Assembly (NCBI GenBank): GCA_040219255.1
Contig: JAVJSW010000008.1
Span: 45,344 to 109,343 of the forward strand
Source: Sumerlaeia bacterium
GTDB taxonomy: Bacteria > Sumerlaeota > Sumerlaeia > SLMS01 > JAHLLQ01
DNA: 64,000 nt
Reading direction: 5' to 3'
Shown here: positions 28,937-39,334 of the stretch, in pieces
Position numbering within the stretch: the first letter of the stretch is position 1
How the letters are laid out: each line of letters begins with the position of its first letter
Notes under the pieces: model-generated
Told to the model about the DNA's origin: nothing
Databases searched by the model: none
Seen by the model: the letters and a program-made list of their open reading frames with translations, nothing else
Position numbers and translations under genes: made by a program

Positions 28937-29077
28937 GGAAAGGAGGTTCCCCTCGGCAAAATGATGGAGGACGTTTGCGCGGTCGGCGCGGCCGGTGCTA
29001 CTGTTTTTCACGCGGGCTGGCTTGACAGGACGCCGCCCCCGGGCGTCCCATGCGCACCAGCTTTCCAAGGAGCCCCG

Positions 29078-30802
29078 ATGGCCCGCAATCGCTCGCCCCG
29101 CCAACCCGATCAACGCGACATCCTGCGCGCTCTCGCCGCCGACGAAATCGGCGCCACCGCCAAGCCTTTCGGCTCGGTCTGGCCGATCGCGTTCTGCTAT
29201 CCAAACACGTACCATGTCGGGATGAGCGCCCTTGGGTTCCAAACGCTGATCTCACGAGTGAACGAGCACCCCGATGCCGCCGTCGAGCGCTTCTTCTGGA
29301 ACGTCTCGCACCCGGACGCCCTCGGCGGGCGGCACCGGCGGCCCCATCTGGCGTCGAGCGACCTGGACAACGCGGGCGAGGACCTAGCCGACGCCACCCC
29401 GGCCCACTGGCCCACGGACCCGCCCCTGTCCGTGGAGAACCAGCGGCGGCTGGACGAATGCCCCATCGTCTGTTTTTCCATCCCGTTCGAGATGGATGAC
29501 CTGCACATCATCGACATGCTCGAGCGATCCAACATCCGCGCCTGGGCGGCACTGCGAGGGCCGAACGATCCTCTGATCGTGATCGGCGGCGCCACGGTGA
29601 CGATGAATCGGCTGCCGCTGTACGATTTCGCCGACGTGATCGTCCACGGCGACGGCGAAAGCGCCATGGACCGGCTGGTGGAGGTGCTGGAGGAAACAGG
29701 CCCGGGCCGGGCTGGCCTGCGCGAGGCCCTCCGCCATGAGCCCGGCTTTGAAATCACCAACCCCCGCCACCCTGACGACCAGGACTTCGACCCCGCCCCG
29801 CCGGTGCCCGTTTCGCGGCTGAGTCTGGCCGACCGGCTGGCGGACATCCCGACCTACACGCGCATCCTGACACCCCACACCGAGTTCTCGAACCGGGGAC
29901 TGGTCGAGCTGTCGCGCGGCTGTCCGTACAAATGCAACTTCTGCATCATGGGCTATCAGCCCTATAACTACAAATGGCGCAGCCCAGAAGACATCGAACG
30001 CCAGGCGCGAACCTTTCTCCCGCACACGAAGCGCATCGGCCTCGTGGCGAGCGCCGTGGGCATTCACAAACAGATCGAGGAAATCACCGAGCGGCTGATG
30101 CGGCTGGAGATGGAGATCAGCTTCAGCAGCCTCCGGGTCGAAGACGTGAAGCCGGTGATGATCGACGCGCTGCTGGCGAGCGGCCAGAAAACGCTGACCA
30201 TCGCGCCGGAAGCGGGCAACGACCGGCTGCGGATTCAGATGCGCAAGCGCCTGCACAACGACCGCATCGCTCAATTCGCGCACGAAACCATCGCGCGCGG
30301 CATGCGGAACCTAAAGCTGTATTTCATGGTAGGCGTGATGAACGAAACCGACGACGACGTGGTCAGCATCGCTGAGCTGACAGAGCGCCTCCACGGCGAA
30401 CAAGTCTCGGCCGCCCGCGCCCACGGGCACCTGGGGCACCTGGCGCTGAACGTCGGCGTGTTCGTGCCCAAGCCGGGCACGCCCCAGCGGGCCGGGGGGT
30501 TTGTCGGAGTCGGCGAAGCGCGGCGGCGGCTGAAGCTGCTGCGCAAGGGATTGAAGCGCATTCCGAACCTGAAAGTCCACTTCTCGAACCCGCACCTGGC
30601 GGCAGCGCAGACGATCCTGTCCTGTGGCGACCGGCGGGCGGCGGATTTTCTGTGGTGGGCTTGGCGCCACGCCAAGGGTGACTGGCCCCGGGCGACGCGG
30701 GAGTTCGAGGGTTTGCTGGAGGAATTCGGGGCGCCCCTGCCCGTCGGCGCAGACCCGAGCGGCGCCATGGGTGCGCGGGATCTGCTGGCGGTGGAAGCCT
30801 GA
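29078..30802 (+). CDS. Radical SAM protein (TIGR03960-like)
   Basis: YPNTYHVGMSALGFQ, ELSRGCPYKCNFC, TIAPEAG, KLYFMVG and FVPKPGTP. Confidence 0.85.
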   Translation: MARNRSPRQPDQRDILRALAADEIGATAKPFGSVWPIAFCYPNTYHVGMSALGFQTLISRVNEHPDAAVERFFWNVSHPDALGGRHRRPHLASSDLDNAGEDLADATPAHWPTDPPLSVENQRRLDECPIVCFSIPFEMDDLHIIDMLERSNIRAWAALRGPNDPLIVIGGATVTMNRLPLYDFADVIVHGDGESAMDRLVEVLEETGPGRAGLREALRHEPGFEITNPRHPDDQDFDPAPPVPVSRLSLADRLADIPTYTRILTPHTEFSNRGLVELSRGCPYKCNFCIMGYQPYNYKWRSPEDIERQARTFLPHTKRIGLVASAVGIHKQIEEITERLMRLEMEISFSSLRVEDVKPVMIDALLASGQKTLTIAPEAGNDRLRIQMRKRLHNDRIAQFAHETIARGMRNLKLYFMVGVMNETDDDVVSIAELTERLHGEQVSAARAHGHLGHLALNVGVFVPKPGTPQRAGGFVGVGEARRRLKLLRKGLKRIPNLKVHFSNPHLAAAQTILSCGDRRAADFLWWAWRHAKGDWPRATREFEGLLEEFGAPLPVGADPSGAMGARDLLAVEA

Positions 30803-30885
30803 GCGGAAGGCGGAAAAGATTCCGCTATCCCACAGACCACCGCCGTGGCGCGTTCGGGGCAAATCGCCCCGCAAAGGACAATGCC

Positions 30886-31407
30886 ATGGACATTCTCTCC
30901 AAAATCCGCAACATCCCCGACTTCCCGAAACCGGGTATTCAGTTCAAGGATATCACGACGCTGCTGGCGGATCCGGAGGGATTCAACGCGGTGATCTTCA
31001 ACTTGGCGAAGCGCTACCATGACGCCGGGCTGACGAAGATCGTGGGCGTGGAATCGCGGGGGTTCATCTTCGGCGCCGCCTTGGCGCACGCCCTGGGGCT
31101 GGGCTTCGTGCCGGTGCGCAAGGAAGGCAAGCTGCCCCACGAAACGCTCGGCAAGTCCTACGAACTCGAGTATGGTTCGGCCACCATCGAGATCCACAAG
31201 GACGCCCTGACGCCCGACGACCGGGTGGTGATCATCGACGACCTGATGGCGACGGGCGGGACGCTGGAGGCGACGGTGCATCTGGTGGAGCAATTGGGCG
31301 CCGAAATCGCGGAGGTCTGGGTGCTGATGGAGTTGAGTTTCCTGAACGGGAAAGGCAAACTGGGCGGCGTGCCCTACCACGCGGAGATCAGCATCGGGGA
31401 AGAATGA
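30886..31407 (+). CDS. apt: Adenine phosphoribosyltransferase
   Basis: IPDFPKPGIQFKDIT, ESRGF, YELEYG and IDDLMATGGT. Confidence 0.97.
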   Translation: MDILSKIRNIPDFPKPGIQFKDITTLLADPEGFNAVIFNLAKRYHDAGLTKIVGVESRGFIFGAALAHALGLGFVPVRKEGKLPHETLGKSYELEYGSATIEIHKDALTPDDRVVIIDDLMATGGTLEATVHLVEQLGAEIAEVWVLMELSFLNGKGKLGGVPYHAEISIGEE

Positions 31408-32028
31408 TCAAACGGTAAGATAGGCTTTGTCGAGATAGACTTCGACCTGGCTCGAGTTGACGAACTTGAACAGCAGCGCGGGATACCAGGCGGCGCAACA
31501 GCCTGAGCAGAGGGCTCCGAAGACCGCGCCGGACTCGATGGTGGCTGGGATTTCGTAGCCTTCGGGGATGTAGGCACTCATCATGGTGGGGAAAATCCCC
31601 GTCAGGTTCACGATGATCTGCACGATGATCAGCAGAATCATAAAGGTGGCGTAGAAGCTGGAGAGCGTTTGCCCCCACTTTTGCTCGCAGAGAAGTCCGA
31701 TTCCCCCCACGATCAACATCAGACCCAGGAATGCCTGAATAGCGATTGTGGTAACGAAATAGACGGTGAGGATAGTGCTGTCGGCGATCACGGCCATGAA
31801 GTCCGTCTTTTCCACCGTGGGCAGGAGCTGGACGAGTGGGATGGGACTGCAAACCGAATAGCAGAGGCCGACGATCAGGTTCATGACGCCGAAGAAGGTG
31901 ATGGCGCCCGGGCGCTGCGGCTTATAGATCGTCTCCTTCGACCCCGTACGGAAATCGTAGTCGGGCCGGGCCGGAACGGGGACGGATTGTTCGCCGGGCA
32001 ATTCGGGCGGGGGGGGCGGTTGTTTCAC
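31408..32028 (-). CDS. Hypothetical membrane protein (4 TM, Pro-rich N-terminus)
   Basis: Hydrophobic helices; fills the gap downstream of the UbiD-family gene. Confidence 0.7.
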   Translation of the reverse strand: MKQPPPPPELPGEQSVPVPARPDYDFRTGSKETIYKPQRPGAITFFGVMNLIVGLCYSVCSPIPLVQLLPTVEKTDFMAVIADSTILTVYFVTTIAIQAFLGLMLIVGGIGLLCEQKWGQTLSSFYATFMILLIIVQIIVNLTGIFPTMMSAYIPEGYEIPATIESGAVFGALCSGCCAAWYPALLFKFVNSSQVEVYLDKAYLTV

Positions 32029-32059
32029 CGGGTTTTGGCCTGGTCGGGACGAATCGGAT

Positions 32060-33883
32060 CTAGCTTGTCAGATGACCCAAGTCGCTATCACCCATTTCGA
32101 CGCCGCCGCGAGGGAAATATTCCTTCCAGCGGCGGGTCACTGTGTCAGCGATTTCCCGGTCCGCGAAAACCTCCTTCGGGTACCAGGGCTTGACGCGCGC
32201 GTCGATCACGACGGGGCCACTGTGGGCGACGTGGTTGCGGACGATGCGCTGCTCGCGCGAGTGAATGTCGGCCGCCGGTTCGAAGCGCGTGAACGTGGTC
32301 CAGAGGAAGTTGATGGCGCTGGCGACGGCTTGCTCCGGGCCGTCGCACAGCACCACCAGCGGCCAATCGGCCAGCGCCGGGTCCTGGGCCACAATCCCCG
32401 CAAAGTCGCTGTCGGCCCCGAAATCCGGCCCGCCCACGACCAGGCACCCAGCGCAGAAGGGCCGCGCGTCGCGAATGGCGGAGTTGGGTTCGCCGCGAAA
32501 TTCGCGGGGCAGTTCGCGCACCGCCTGGCCCAACCCGATCAGCACCCCCTTGCTGCCCTTGTTCACCTGGGGCCCGGCATAATCGAGCGTGTCCATGCTG
32601 AGGTTGGCGAAGACAAACAGGTCCGTCTCGAACTGGCACCGCGCCAGGATGTGCTCGAGTACCGCCGGGAAATCGCGCAGGTCCACCGCGCCATCGGTCA
32701 GCAGCAGGAACTTGGTCAGGGACAATTGTCCTTCGCCTAGAATGCGGAAGGCGCTGGCCATCGCTTCGCGGTGGTAGCGGTCCTTGACCACCGCCGCCGC
32801 CAGCGAATGGAACCCGGTCTCGCCATAGCTCCAGAGGTCCACCACGCTTGGCATCACAAGAGGGAAGAGGGGGCTGAGGAGTTCCTGCAAATAATCGCCG
32901 ATGAAGAAATCTTCCTGGCGCGGTTTGCCCACCACGGTGGCGGGATAGACGGCGTTCTGGCGGTGCAGGACGCGCTCGCAGTGGAAGACCGGGTAGTCGT
33001 GGGTCAGGCTGTAGTAGCCGTAGTGATCGCCGAAGGGGCCCTCGGGCCGGCGCTCGCGGGGCGGGACGTGGCCCAGGAGGGCGAACTCACATTCCGCCAC
33101 CAAGTCGTGTGGCCAGTCGCCACGCCGAACGACGGGGAGGCGTTCGCCGAGGAGCAGCGAGGCGAGCAGGATTTCCGGGACGTTCTCGGGCAGCGGCGCG
33201 ATGGCCGACAGGATCAGCGCGGGCGGACCGCCGATGCTGATGGTGACGGGCAGGGACTCGCCCCGCTCCTCCGCCAGGTGGTAATGAAATCCGCCGCCCT
33301 TGCCGATTTGCCAATGGATGCCGGTGGTGGCGTCGTCGTATCGCTGGATGCGATACATGCCCAGGTTCGGCGAATGATCCTCCGGATGCTGTGTGGTGAC
33401 CAGAGGCAGAGTCACGAAATGACCGCCGTCTTCGGGCCAGAGCTTGAGAAGCGGCAAATCCCCGAGACCCGGCGGGTCGCGGAGCACCTGGCTCACGGGG
33501 CCCGAGCGGCGGCCCTTGAGGCCGATCTTGAGACCCTGGCCGATGAGGCCGCGCGCCTGCCAGAGGTTGGCGGGCGTTGGCGGCATACCGTGCTGAACGA
33601 AATGGACCGCGTCCTGAACGAACTTCTGGGGCCGGGTGCCGAAGGCGCGCTCGACTCTGCCCAAGGTTCCGAACAGATTTGTGGCGACGGGGAAGGGGCT
33701 TTTGCGGCCGGCGGGGTCGATCGGGTTCGTGAAGAGGAGGGCCGGCCCCCCGGCGGCGATGACTCGGCGGTGGATTTCGGCGATTTCCTGATCGGTGGCG
33801 ACAGGGGCGTCGATCTGGGCGAGTCCGCCCTCGGCGCGCAGGATGTCGAGGAACTGGGGGATGGATCGGACGGGGGCGGTCAT
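32060..33883 (-). CDS. UbiD-family decarboxylase (menaquinone futalosine-pathway type)
   Basis: GPALLF, NLFGT, NLGMYR, EGPFGDHYGYY and DTLDY motifs. Confidence 0.9.
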   Translation of the reverse strand: MTAPVRSIPQFLDILRAEGGLAQIDAPVATDQEIAEIHRRVIAAGGPALLFTNPIDPAGRKSPFPVATNLFGTLGRVERAFGTRPQKFVQDAVHFVQHGMPPTPANLWQARGLIGQGLKIGLKGRRSGPVSQVLRDPPGLGDLPLLKLWPEDGGHFVTLPLVTTQHPEDHSPNLGMYRIQRYDDATTGIHWQIGKGGGFHYHLAEERGESLPVTISIGGPPALILSAIAPLPENVPEILLASLLLGERLPVVRRGDWPHDLVAECEFALLGHVPPRERRPEGPFGDHYGYYSLTHDYPVFHCERVLHRQNAVYPATVVGKPRQEDFFIGDYLQELLSPLFPLVMPSVVDLWSYGETGFHSLAAAVVKDRYHREAMASAFRILGEGQLSLTKFLLLTDGAVDLRDFPAVLEHILARCQFETDLFVFANLSMDTLDYAGPQVNKGSKGVLIGLGQAVRELPREFRGEPNSAIRDARPFCAGCLVVGGPDFGADSDFAGIVAQDPALADWPLVVLCDGPEQAVASAINFLWTTFTRFEPAADIHSREQRIVRNHVAHSGPVVIDARVKPWYPKEVFADREIADTVTRRWKEYFPRGGVEMGDSDLGHLTS

Positions 33884-34086
33884 GTTGCGAGTTTTCGAAC
33901 GAGGGTGTGTGGCGCGAAGCCGAGGAGCAAGATGGCGGCCACGGTTGGCGTGACAAGTGCGAGCTGAAACCAGGAAAAGGCTTGCCGCAGTCCCCGGGCA
34001 TTTTTATCGTGCCTGGACATGCCTTGGCTATCGGCCGAGGGATGGAATTCCTGGCATGTTTGTCACCCGGAGCACGCGACGCGTCC

Positions 34087-35439
34087 ATGGCCCGCTTCGA
34101 TCTCAAGGACTCGGACTATTCCTTCAACGCTTCGTTGGACCCCTTCCTCGTGCTCAAGCGCATGGGTTTCACCGAGCAGTCGATCTATCAGGAAGGCAGC
34201 ATCATCCGGATTCACTGCCCGATTCACCGGGATCTGGTTCGCAAGTCGCTCATCATCGACATCGAGGAAAAGACGTTCAAGTGCCAGTATTCGATGTGCG
34301 AGGCCCACGAAGGGGGCCTGCTCCTCGAGTTGGTGGCGATGTACTACGACTGCGAGATCGCCGAGGTCGGGAAGAACCTCTTCGGCGACGAAGACAAGTC
34401 CACCGACCTGCTGTTCCGCGGTGAAATGTACATCAACAAGGGCATGCACTTGGAAGCGCTCCCCTATCTGGAGCAGGCGGCCCAGCTGAACGAGCGCAAC
34501 GAGATCACGCTCTGCAAGCTGGCGGCGCTCTACCTGGAGCTTAACCGCAAGGACGACGCTTACCGCGAGTATATGAAGGCGGCCGAGTCCTACGCGGTGC
34601 GCGGCGAGTTGGAAAAGACGCTTTCCATCTACAACATCCTGATCATGCTCCAGCCCGGGGCCGTGAAGGCGCGCAAGGAACTCTCCTACCTCTTCGCGCG
34701 CATGGGCCGGCCTGACGCCTCTGCCGAGCAGCTCAAGTGGGTGGTGGATTTCTATGTCCAGTACGGCCAGACCAAGGCCGCGGCGGACGCGATCAAGTCG
34801 CTGCTTGAGCTGGATCCGGAAAATCCCATGGCATTCCTGCTGAGCGCCCGCATCAACCAGGAAACAGGCAAGCGCGTGCCCGCCATGCAGGCCTACGAGA
34901 AGGCTCTGCGGTTGTTCCTGGCGAAGGAAGAAGTGGTGCATGGGAGGACCGCCTTCGATGAAGCGATCGCAATCGCCCCCGGCAACCCCCGATTGCGGGA
35001 ACTGCAAACGCAGTTGGAAGCCCTGGAAGACAGATTGGCGGCGGAAGCGGCGGCGGCGGGCGACAGACCCTCCGAACCGGGCCAGGATTTCGAGGGCCAA
35101 CTGATGGACTGGCTCGAAGAATCGACCGACCTCGACGTGCCCCAGAGCGAATTCCGGGAGGCGGCGAGCAACCTGAACAAGGAAATCTCGCGCGCGCCCA
35201 CCGATACCGTCGAAATCCCGCCGGACGATCTGCGGGTGGCCATGTGCCTGGACGACATGAAGAACATGACGGCGCAGCAGATCGAAGCGATGCGCAATCA
35301 GATCTTCACGATGTTCACCGATGTGCGCAAGACCTACGAAGACGGGCTGATTTCCGAATGGGAAATGCGCACCATCAAGGATTTCTACAAATCGTTCTGC
35401 GTGGCGATGGACAAGTACCGCGAAGAATCGGCCGTCTAG
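34087..35439 (+). CDS. TPR protein with an N-terminal primase-type (CHC2-like) zinc finger
   Basis: CPIH...S...FKCQYSMC...GG followed by several TPR-like repeats and an acidic C-terminal helical domain. Confidence 0.75.
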   Translation: MARFDLKDSDYSFNASLDPFLVLKRMGFTEQSIYQEGSIIRIHCPIHRDLVRKSLIIDIEEKTFKCQYSMCEAHEGGLLLELVAMYYDCEIAEVGKNLFGDEDKSTDLLFRGEMYINKGMHLEALPYLEQAAQLNERNEITLCKLAALYLELNRKDDAYREYMKAAESYAVRGELEKTLSIYNILIMLQPGAVKARKELSYLFARMGRPDASAEQLKWVVDFYVQYGQTKAAADAIKSLLELDPENPMAFLLSARINQETGKRVPAMQAYEKALRLFLAKEEVVHGRTAFDEAIAIAPGNPRLRELQTQLEALEDRLAAEAAAAGDRPSEPGQDFEGQLMDWLEESTDLDVPQSEFREAASNLNKEISRAPTDTVEIPPDDLRVAMCLDDMKNMTAQQIEAMRNQIFTMFTDVRKTYEDGLISEWEMRTIKDFYKSFCVAMDKYREESAV

Positions 35440-35499
35440 AGGCACGATCCGCCCCACCGGCTCCTCCCCGCCGGTCCCATTCCCTGACCAGGACCCATC

Positions 35500-36996
35500 G
35501 TGAGCGACCCGAACATTCTTCTCGAAGCCGCCCTCGGGGCCCGGCTCATCACGCGCAAACAGCTCGATCACATCCAGGAGGAAATGGCGGCCTTTCCCGG
35601 TCAGGACGCGGCCCAACTGCTGATCCGCAAGCACTTCCTTACGGTCGCCCAACTCGAACGGCTGAAAACCCAGATGGCGGCCCAGGAAACCCAGAAGCTG
35701 GCGGACCCGGACGAGTCCCGCCCCATCCCCGCGATGCGGGTGGATGCTCCGGCCGAGGACGAAGAAACTCACCAAATCTCATCCGTTACCACCCCAAGAC
35801 CGGTTCCTTCCGCCCAGCCCACCTCCCAGCCACAGCCGCGGCCCCAGCCACCCGCGCCGAGTCCAGCCGTCCCCGAACCAGAGCCGCCGTCACCCCGGTA
35901 CCAGGACGACGAAGTCCAGGACGTCCGGCTTCCCAAGACTCTCAAGAACATGCTACAACTGGCGCGCCACTGGGGTTGCTCCGACCTGCACATCAGCACC
36001 GGCCGCCCGCCGTTCGTCCGCATGAAGGGCGAAATCCGCTATATGGAAATGGAGCCTCTGACGCCGGAGCAGTCCTACAAACTCAACTTTCAACTCCTCG
36101 GCGAAGAGCAGCGCGAGGTGCTGGCGAAGGACATGACTCTGGACTTCGCGCTCGAACTGCCGGGGACCGGACGCCATCGCTGCAACGTTTTCAAGCAGCG
36201 ATTGGGTTGGGACGGTTCCTACCGCATCATTTCCAACGATATTCCAACCCTGGATCAGCTTGGCATGCCCGAGGTGCTGAAAACCCTGACGGAGTACCAG
36301 CAGGGCATGGTGATGGTGACGGGGCCGGGCCGGTCGGGTAAGACCACGACGGTCGCCGCGATGATCGATTACGTCAACCGCACGCGCGAAGACCACGTGA
36401 TCACGGTCGAGGACCCGATCGAATACGTCCATCCGTCGCTGGGGTGCCAAGTGACGCAGCGCGAAATCGGTCCCCACTCCGAGTCTTTCGGAATGGCCCT
36501 GAGGGCGGCCCTGCGCGAGGATCCGGACATTATTTTCGTGGGCGAGTTGCGCGATCTGGAGACGATTTCCATCGCCATCACGGCGGCGGAGACGGGCCAC
36601 CTGGTGTTCGGGACGCTGCACACCAGCAGCGCCGGCCGCACCATCAACCGGCTGCTCGACGTGTACCCGCCCAGCCAGCAGCAGCAAATCCGAACGATGG
36701 TCAGCGAGTCGCTCCGCGGCGTGATCTGTCAGAAGCTGCTTCCACGCAAAGGCGCGACCGACCAGGTGCTTTGCCTGGAGGTGCTGGTGGTCAATTCCGC
36801 GGTAGCGCAGTTGATCCGCGACAAGAAGCTGCACCAGTTGGCGAGCGCCATGCAGGCGGGCAAACGGCTTGGCATGATCAGCATGGACGATTCGCTGATG
36901 ATCCTCTACCAGCAGGGTTTCGTCACCGGTGCGGAAGCCTATCGCCACTCGGAAAACAAATCGGCCTTCGAACCTTATCGCAACGACACGACTTAA
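35500..36996 (+). CDS. pilT: PilT/PilU family ATPase with an N-terminal extension
   Basis: SDLH, Walker A GPGRSGKTT, EDPIE, LREDPD, GELRD and AETGHLVFGTLHT. Confidence 0.88.
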   Translation: MSDPNILLEAALGARLITRKQLDHIQEEMAAFPGQDAAQLLIRKHFLTVAQLERLKTQMAAQETQKLADPDESRPIPAMRVDAPAEDEETHQISSVTTPRPVPSAQPTSQPQPRPQPPAPSPAVPEPEPPSPRYQDDEVQDVRLPKTLKNMLQLARHWGCSDLHISTGRPPFVRMKGEIRYMEMEPLTPEQSYKLNFQLLGEEQREVLAKDMTLDFALELPGTGRHRCNVFKQRLGWDGSYRIISNDIPTLDQLGMPEVLKTLTEYQQGMVMVTGPGRSGKTTTVAAMIDYVNRTREDHVITVEDPIEYVHPSLGCQVTQREIGPHSESFGMALRAALREDPDIIFVGELRDLETISIAITAAETGHLVFGTLHTSSAGRTINRLLDVYPPSQQQQIRTMVSESLRGVICQKLLPRKGATDQVLCLEVLVVNSAVAQLIRDKKLHQLASAMQAGKRLGMISMDDSLMILYQQGFVTGAEAYRHSENKSAFEPYRNDTT

Positions 36997-37020
36997 ACCT
37001 GCCAGGAGTCGCCGGTCATC

Positions 37021-38103
37021 ATGGCGGTTATCGATCAACTTTTCGACATCATGCTCGCGCACGGCGCCTCGGACTTGCACCTCGCGGAGGACAAGCCGCC
37101 CAAGCTGCGCCTGCACGGCCGGGTGGAAGTCATCCAGAACTGGCCCGCGCTCGAGCGTGAGCGGCTGCGCGGAATGCTGGAGGAAATCTGCGACGAGCCC
37201 CGCTGGGAGTCTTTCGAGCGCACCGGCGACATGGACTTCGCCTACTCCTACCCGGGCAAGGCGCGCTTCCGGTGCAATTTCAACAAGCAGTACACCGGCT
37301 ATGGAGCCGTCTTCCGCGTCATTCCTTCGCGGATTCTGACGCTGGCCGAACTCAGGGCTCCGGAAGTCCTCAAGTCCTTCGGCGACTACGCCGCCGGCCT
37401 GGTCCTGATCACCGGACCCACCGGCAGCGGCAAGAGCACGACCCTTGCCGGCATCATCGATCACATCAACTCGACTTACGCCAAGCATATCCTGACCATC
37501 GAAGAGCCGATCGAATTCGTCCATCCGGTCAAGAAATCGACCATCGCGCAGCGAGAAGTCCACATCGACACGCCAAGCTTCAGCGAAGCTCTGCGCACCG
37601 CTTCGCGGCAAGACGTGGACGTGATCCTGGTGGGCGAAATGCGCGATCTGGAGACGATCAACCTGGCGGTGACGGCGGCGGAAACGGGCGCGCTGGTCTT
37701 CGGCACGCTCCACACCAACAACGCCATCAAGACCATCGACCGGATCATCGACGTGTTTCCGAGCGATCAGCAGGAGCAAATCCGGTCGACCATCGCGGAG
37801 TCGCTCCGCGCCATCTGCGCCCAGTTGCTGCTACGCACCGCCGACGGCAAGGGCCGCCGCGCGGCGCAGGAAATCCTGCTCCAGACCCGCGCCGTGGCGA
37901 ACTACATCCGCGAGAAGAAGGTTTCCCAAATCAACCAGGTCATCATGTCGAACAAGAACATGGGCATGCAGCTCATGGACGACTGCATCGAGGGGTTCCT
38001 GAACGAGGGCGTCGTGGACCCGCAGGAAGCGTATATGAAGGCCATCGACAAGGAACGTTTTCGCGGCCGCCTGACCGACCCCAACCTGAAGGCGCTCGGT
38101 TGA
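37021..38103 (+). CDS. pilT: Type IV pilus retraction ATPase PilT
   Basis: ASDLHL, GPTGSGKSTT, EEPIEF, GEMRD and GTLHT. Confidence 0.92.
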   Translation: MAVIDQLFDIMLAHGASDLHLAEDKPPKLRLHGRVEVIQNWPALERERLRGMLEEICDEPRWESFERTGDMDFAYSYPGKARFRCNFNKQYTGYGAVFRVIPSRILTLAELRAPEVLKSFGDYAAGLVLITGPTGSGKSTTLAGIIDHINSTYAKHILTIEEPIEFVHPVKKSTIAQREVHIDTPSFSEALRTASRQDVDVILVGEMRDLETINLAVTAAETGALVFGTLHTNNAIKTIDRIIDVFPSDQQEQIRSTIAESLRAICAQLLLRTADGKGRRAAQEILLQTRAVANYIREKKVSQINQVIMSNKNMGMQLMDDCIEGFLNEGVVDPQEAYMKAIDKERFRGRLTDPNLKALG

Positions 38104-39272
38104 CGGCGCCTCCGGCCAAGCTCCGCCGCGAGCCGGTGCCGGGCGGATTCGCCATCCATTCCGACAACCTGCCCGCCCTGCTGGACCTGGCGAAGGAATC
38201 GCCCTCCGCTTTCGATCTCATCTACATTGATCCGCCTTATAACACAGGCGATCCTCAGGTCGCCTACCCGGATCGGATCTCCCATCCCCAATGGGTCGCC
38301 ATGATGCGCGACCGGCTGGCGGCAGCCTTGCCGCTGCTGGCGCCGGGGGGGGCGCTGGCTATCAGCATCAACGAGGAAATGCTGGCCCGGCTCAAGATCC
38401 TCCTCGACGATGAATTCTCGCCGCCGCTGCGCTTTCGGCTCCTGCAAACGGTGCAGGTCCGTCACCCCGACCGCATTCTCAAGGCGGACAAGGCCTTTCG
38501 CGAAGTCACCGAATTCCTTCTGCTCTACGGAATGCCTCGATTTCTGCCAGGCCGCATGGACGTTCCGGCCGAATCCGACGAGCGCTACCTCTGGAGTATC
38601 GAAGCAAAGGGTCCACCCGCCTGGGCGCGGGAGATGGGCGGCCGGGCGGTGGAGGCTTTCGCTCCCGGTTCCTTCACGATCCGCCGCGCCGCCCCCGCCC
38701 CGGATAAGCTCAAACGAATCAACATTCGAGGAACGCTTCGGGAAGGCAATTCGAGCGGGCGCTTCTTCGTTCGTTGGCTGGAAGACGATTTCGAAAAACA
38801 CCGGGACTGGCTGTTCCGGGCCGAGGGAATCGGGGCGGACGGGCTGGGCTTTCGATGGTTCCACATTCCCCCCGCCGGCCGGCGCAAGAATGGGGATTAT
38901 TTCCAGGGCTTGCCGCTTCGGCCGCCGAGCCGCGCCGGTTTGCCCTTTTCCAACTTGGTCGATTTCACGGATGAATTCAATCGCGTCGGTTACGAGGGCG
39001 GCGTGCGCTTTCGCTGGGGCAAGAAGCCTCTCGCGTTCCTGCACCACGTCTTCGACATGGCGGGTTTGCGCGACAAGCCCCAAGCGCGCGTGCTGGATTT
39101 TTTCGCCGGCAGCGGCAGCACGGGCCACGCCGTCGTTGCCTACAACGCCCGCCACGGCGGCGGCCGCTCGCATATCTTGATCGAGCAGGCGGATTACTTC
39201 GACGACGTCTTGCTCAAGCGCCTCCGGGCTTTGGAGGGCCAAGGAGTACCTAACGGTTCCGCGGAGCCGTGA
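38100..39272 (+). CDS. Site-specific DNA methyltransferase (N6A/N4C, beta class, Mod-like)
   Basis: IYIDPPYNTG before GKKP and VLDFFAGSGSTGHA; TTG at 38100 overlaps the pilT stop. Confidence 0.87.
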   Translation: MTAPPAKLRREPVPGGFAIHSDNLPALLDLAKESPSAFDLIYIDPPYNTGDPQVAYPDRISHPQWVAMMRDRLAAALPLLAPGGALAISINEEMLARLKILLDDEFSPPLRFRLLQTVQVRHPDRILKADKAFREVTEFLLLYGMPRFLPGRMDVPAESDERYLWSIEAKGPPAWAREMGGRAVEAFAPGSFTIRRAAPAPDKLKRINIRGTLREGNSSGRFFVRWLEDDFEKHRDWLFRAEGIGADGLGFRWFHIPPAGRRKNGDYFQGLPLRPPSRAGLPFSNLVDFTDEFNRVGYEGGVRFRWGKKPLAFLHHVFDMAGLRDKPQARVLDFFAGSGSTGHAVVAYNARHGGGRSHILIEQADYFDDVLLKRLRALEGQGVPNGSAEP

Positions 39273-39334
39273 GTCCCCTACTATGGCGCGGGCCCTGGTT
39301 GGCGGGTCCGGCTGGATTTCTTCAAGGACGACTT

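Noticed and set aside
37272-38099. Apparent 276-aa N-terminal extension of the methyltransferase, or a PilT-MTase frameshift fusion
   Set aside because: Off-frame overlap with pilT giving Arg/Pro-rich nonsense; a TTG at 38100 coupled to the pilT stop explains the gene.
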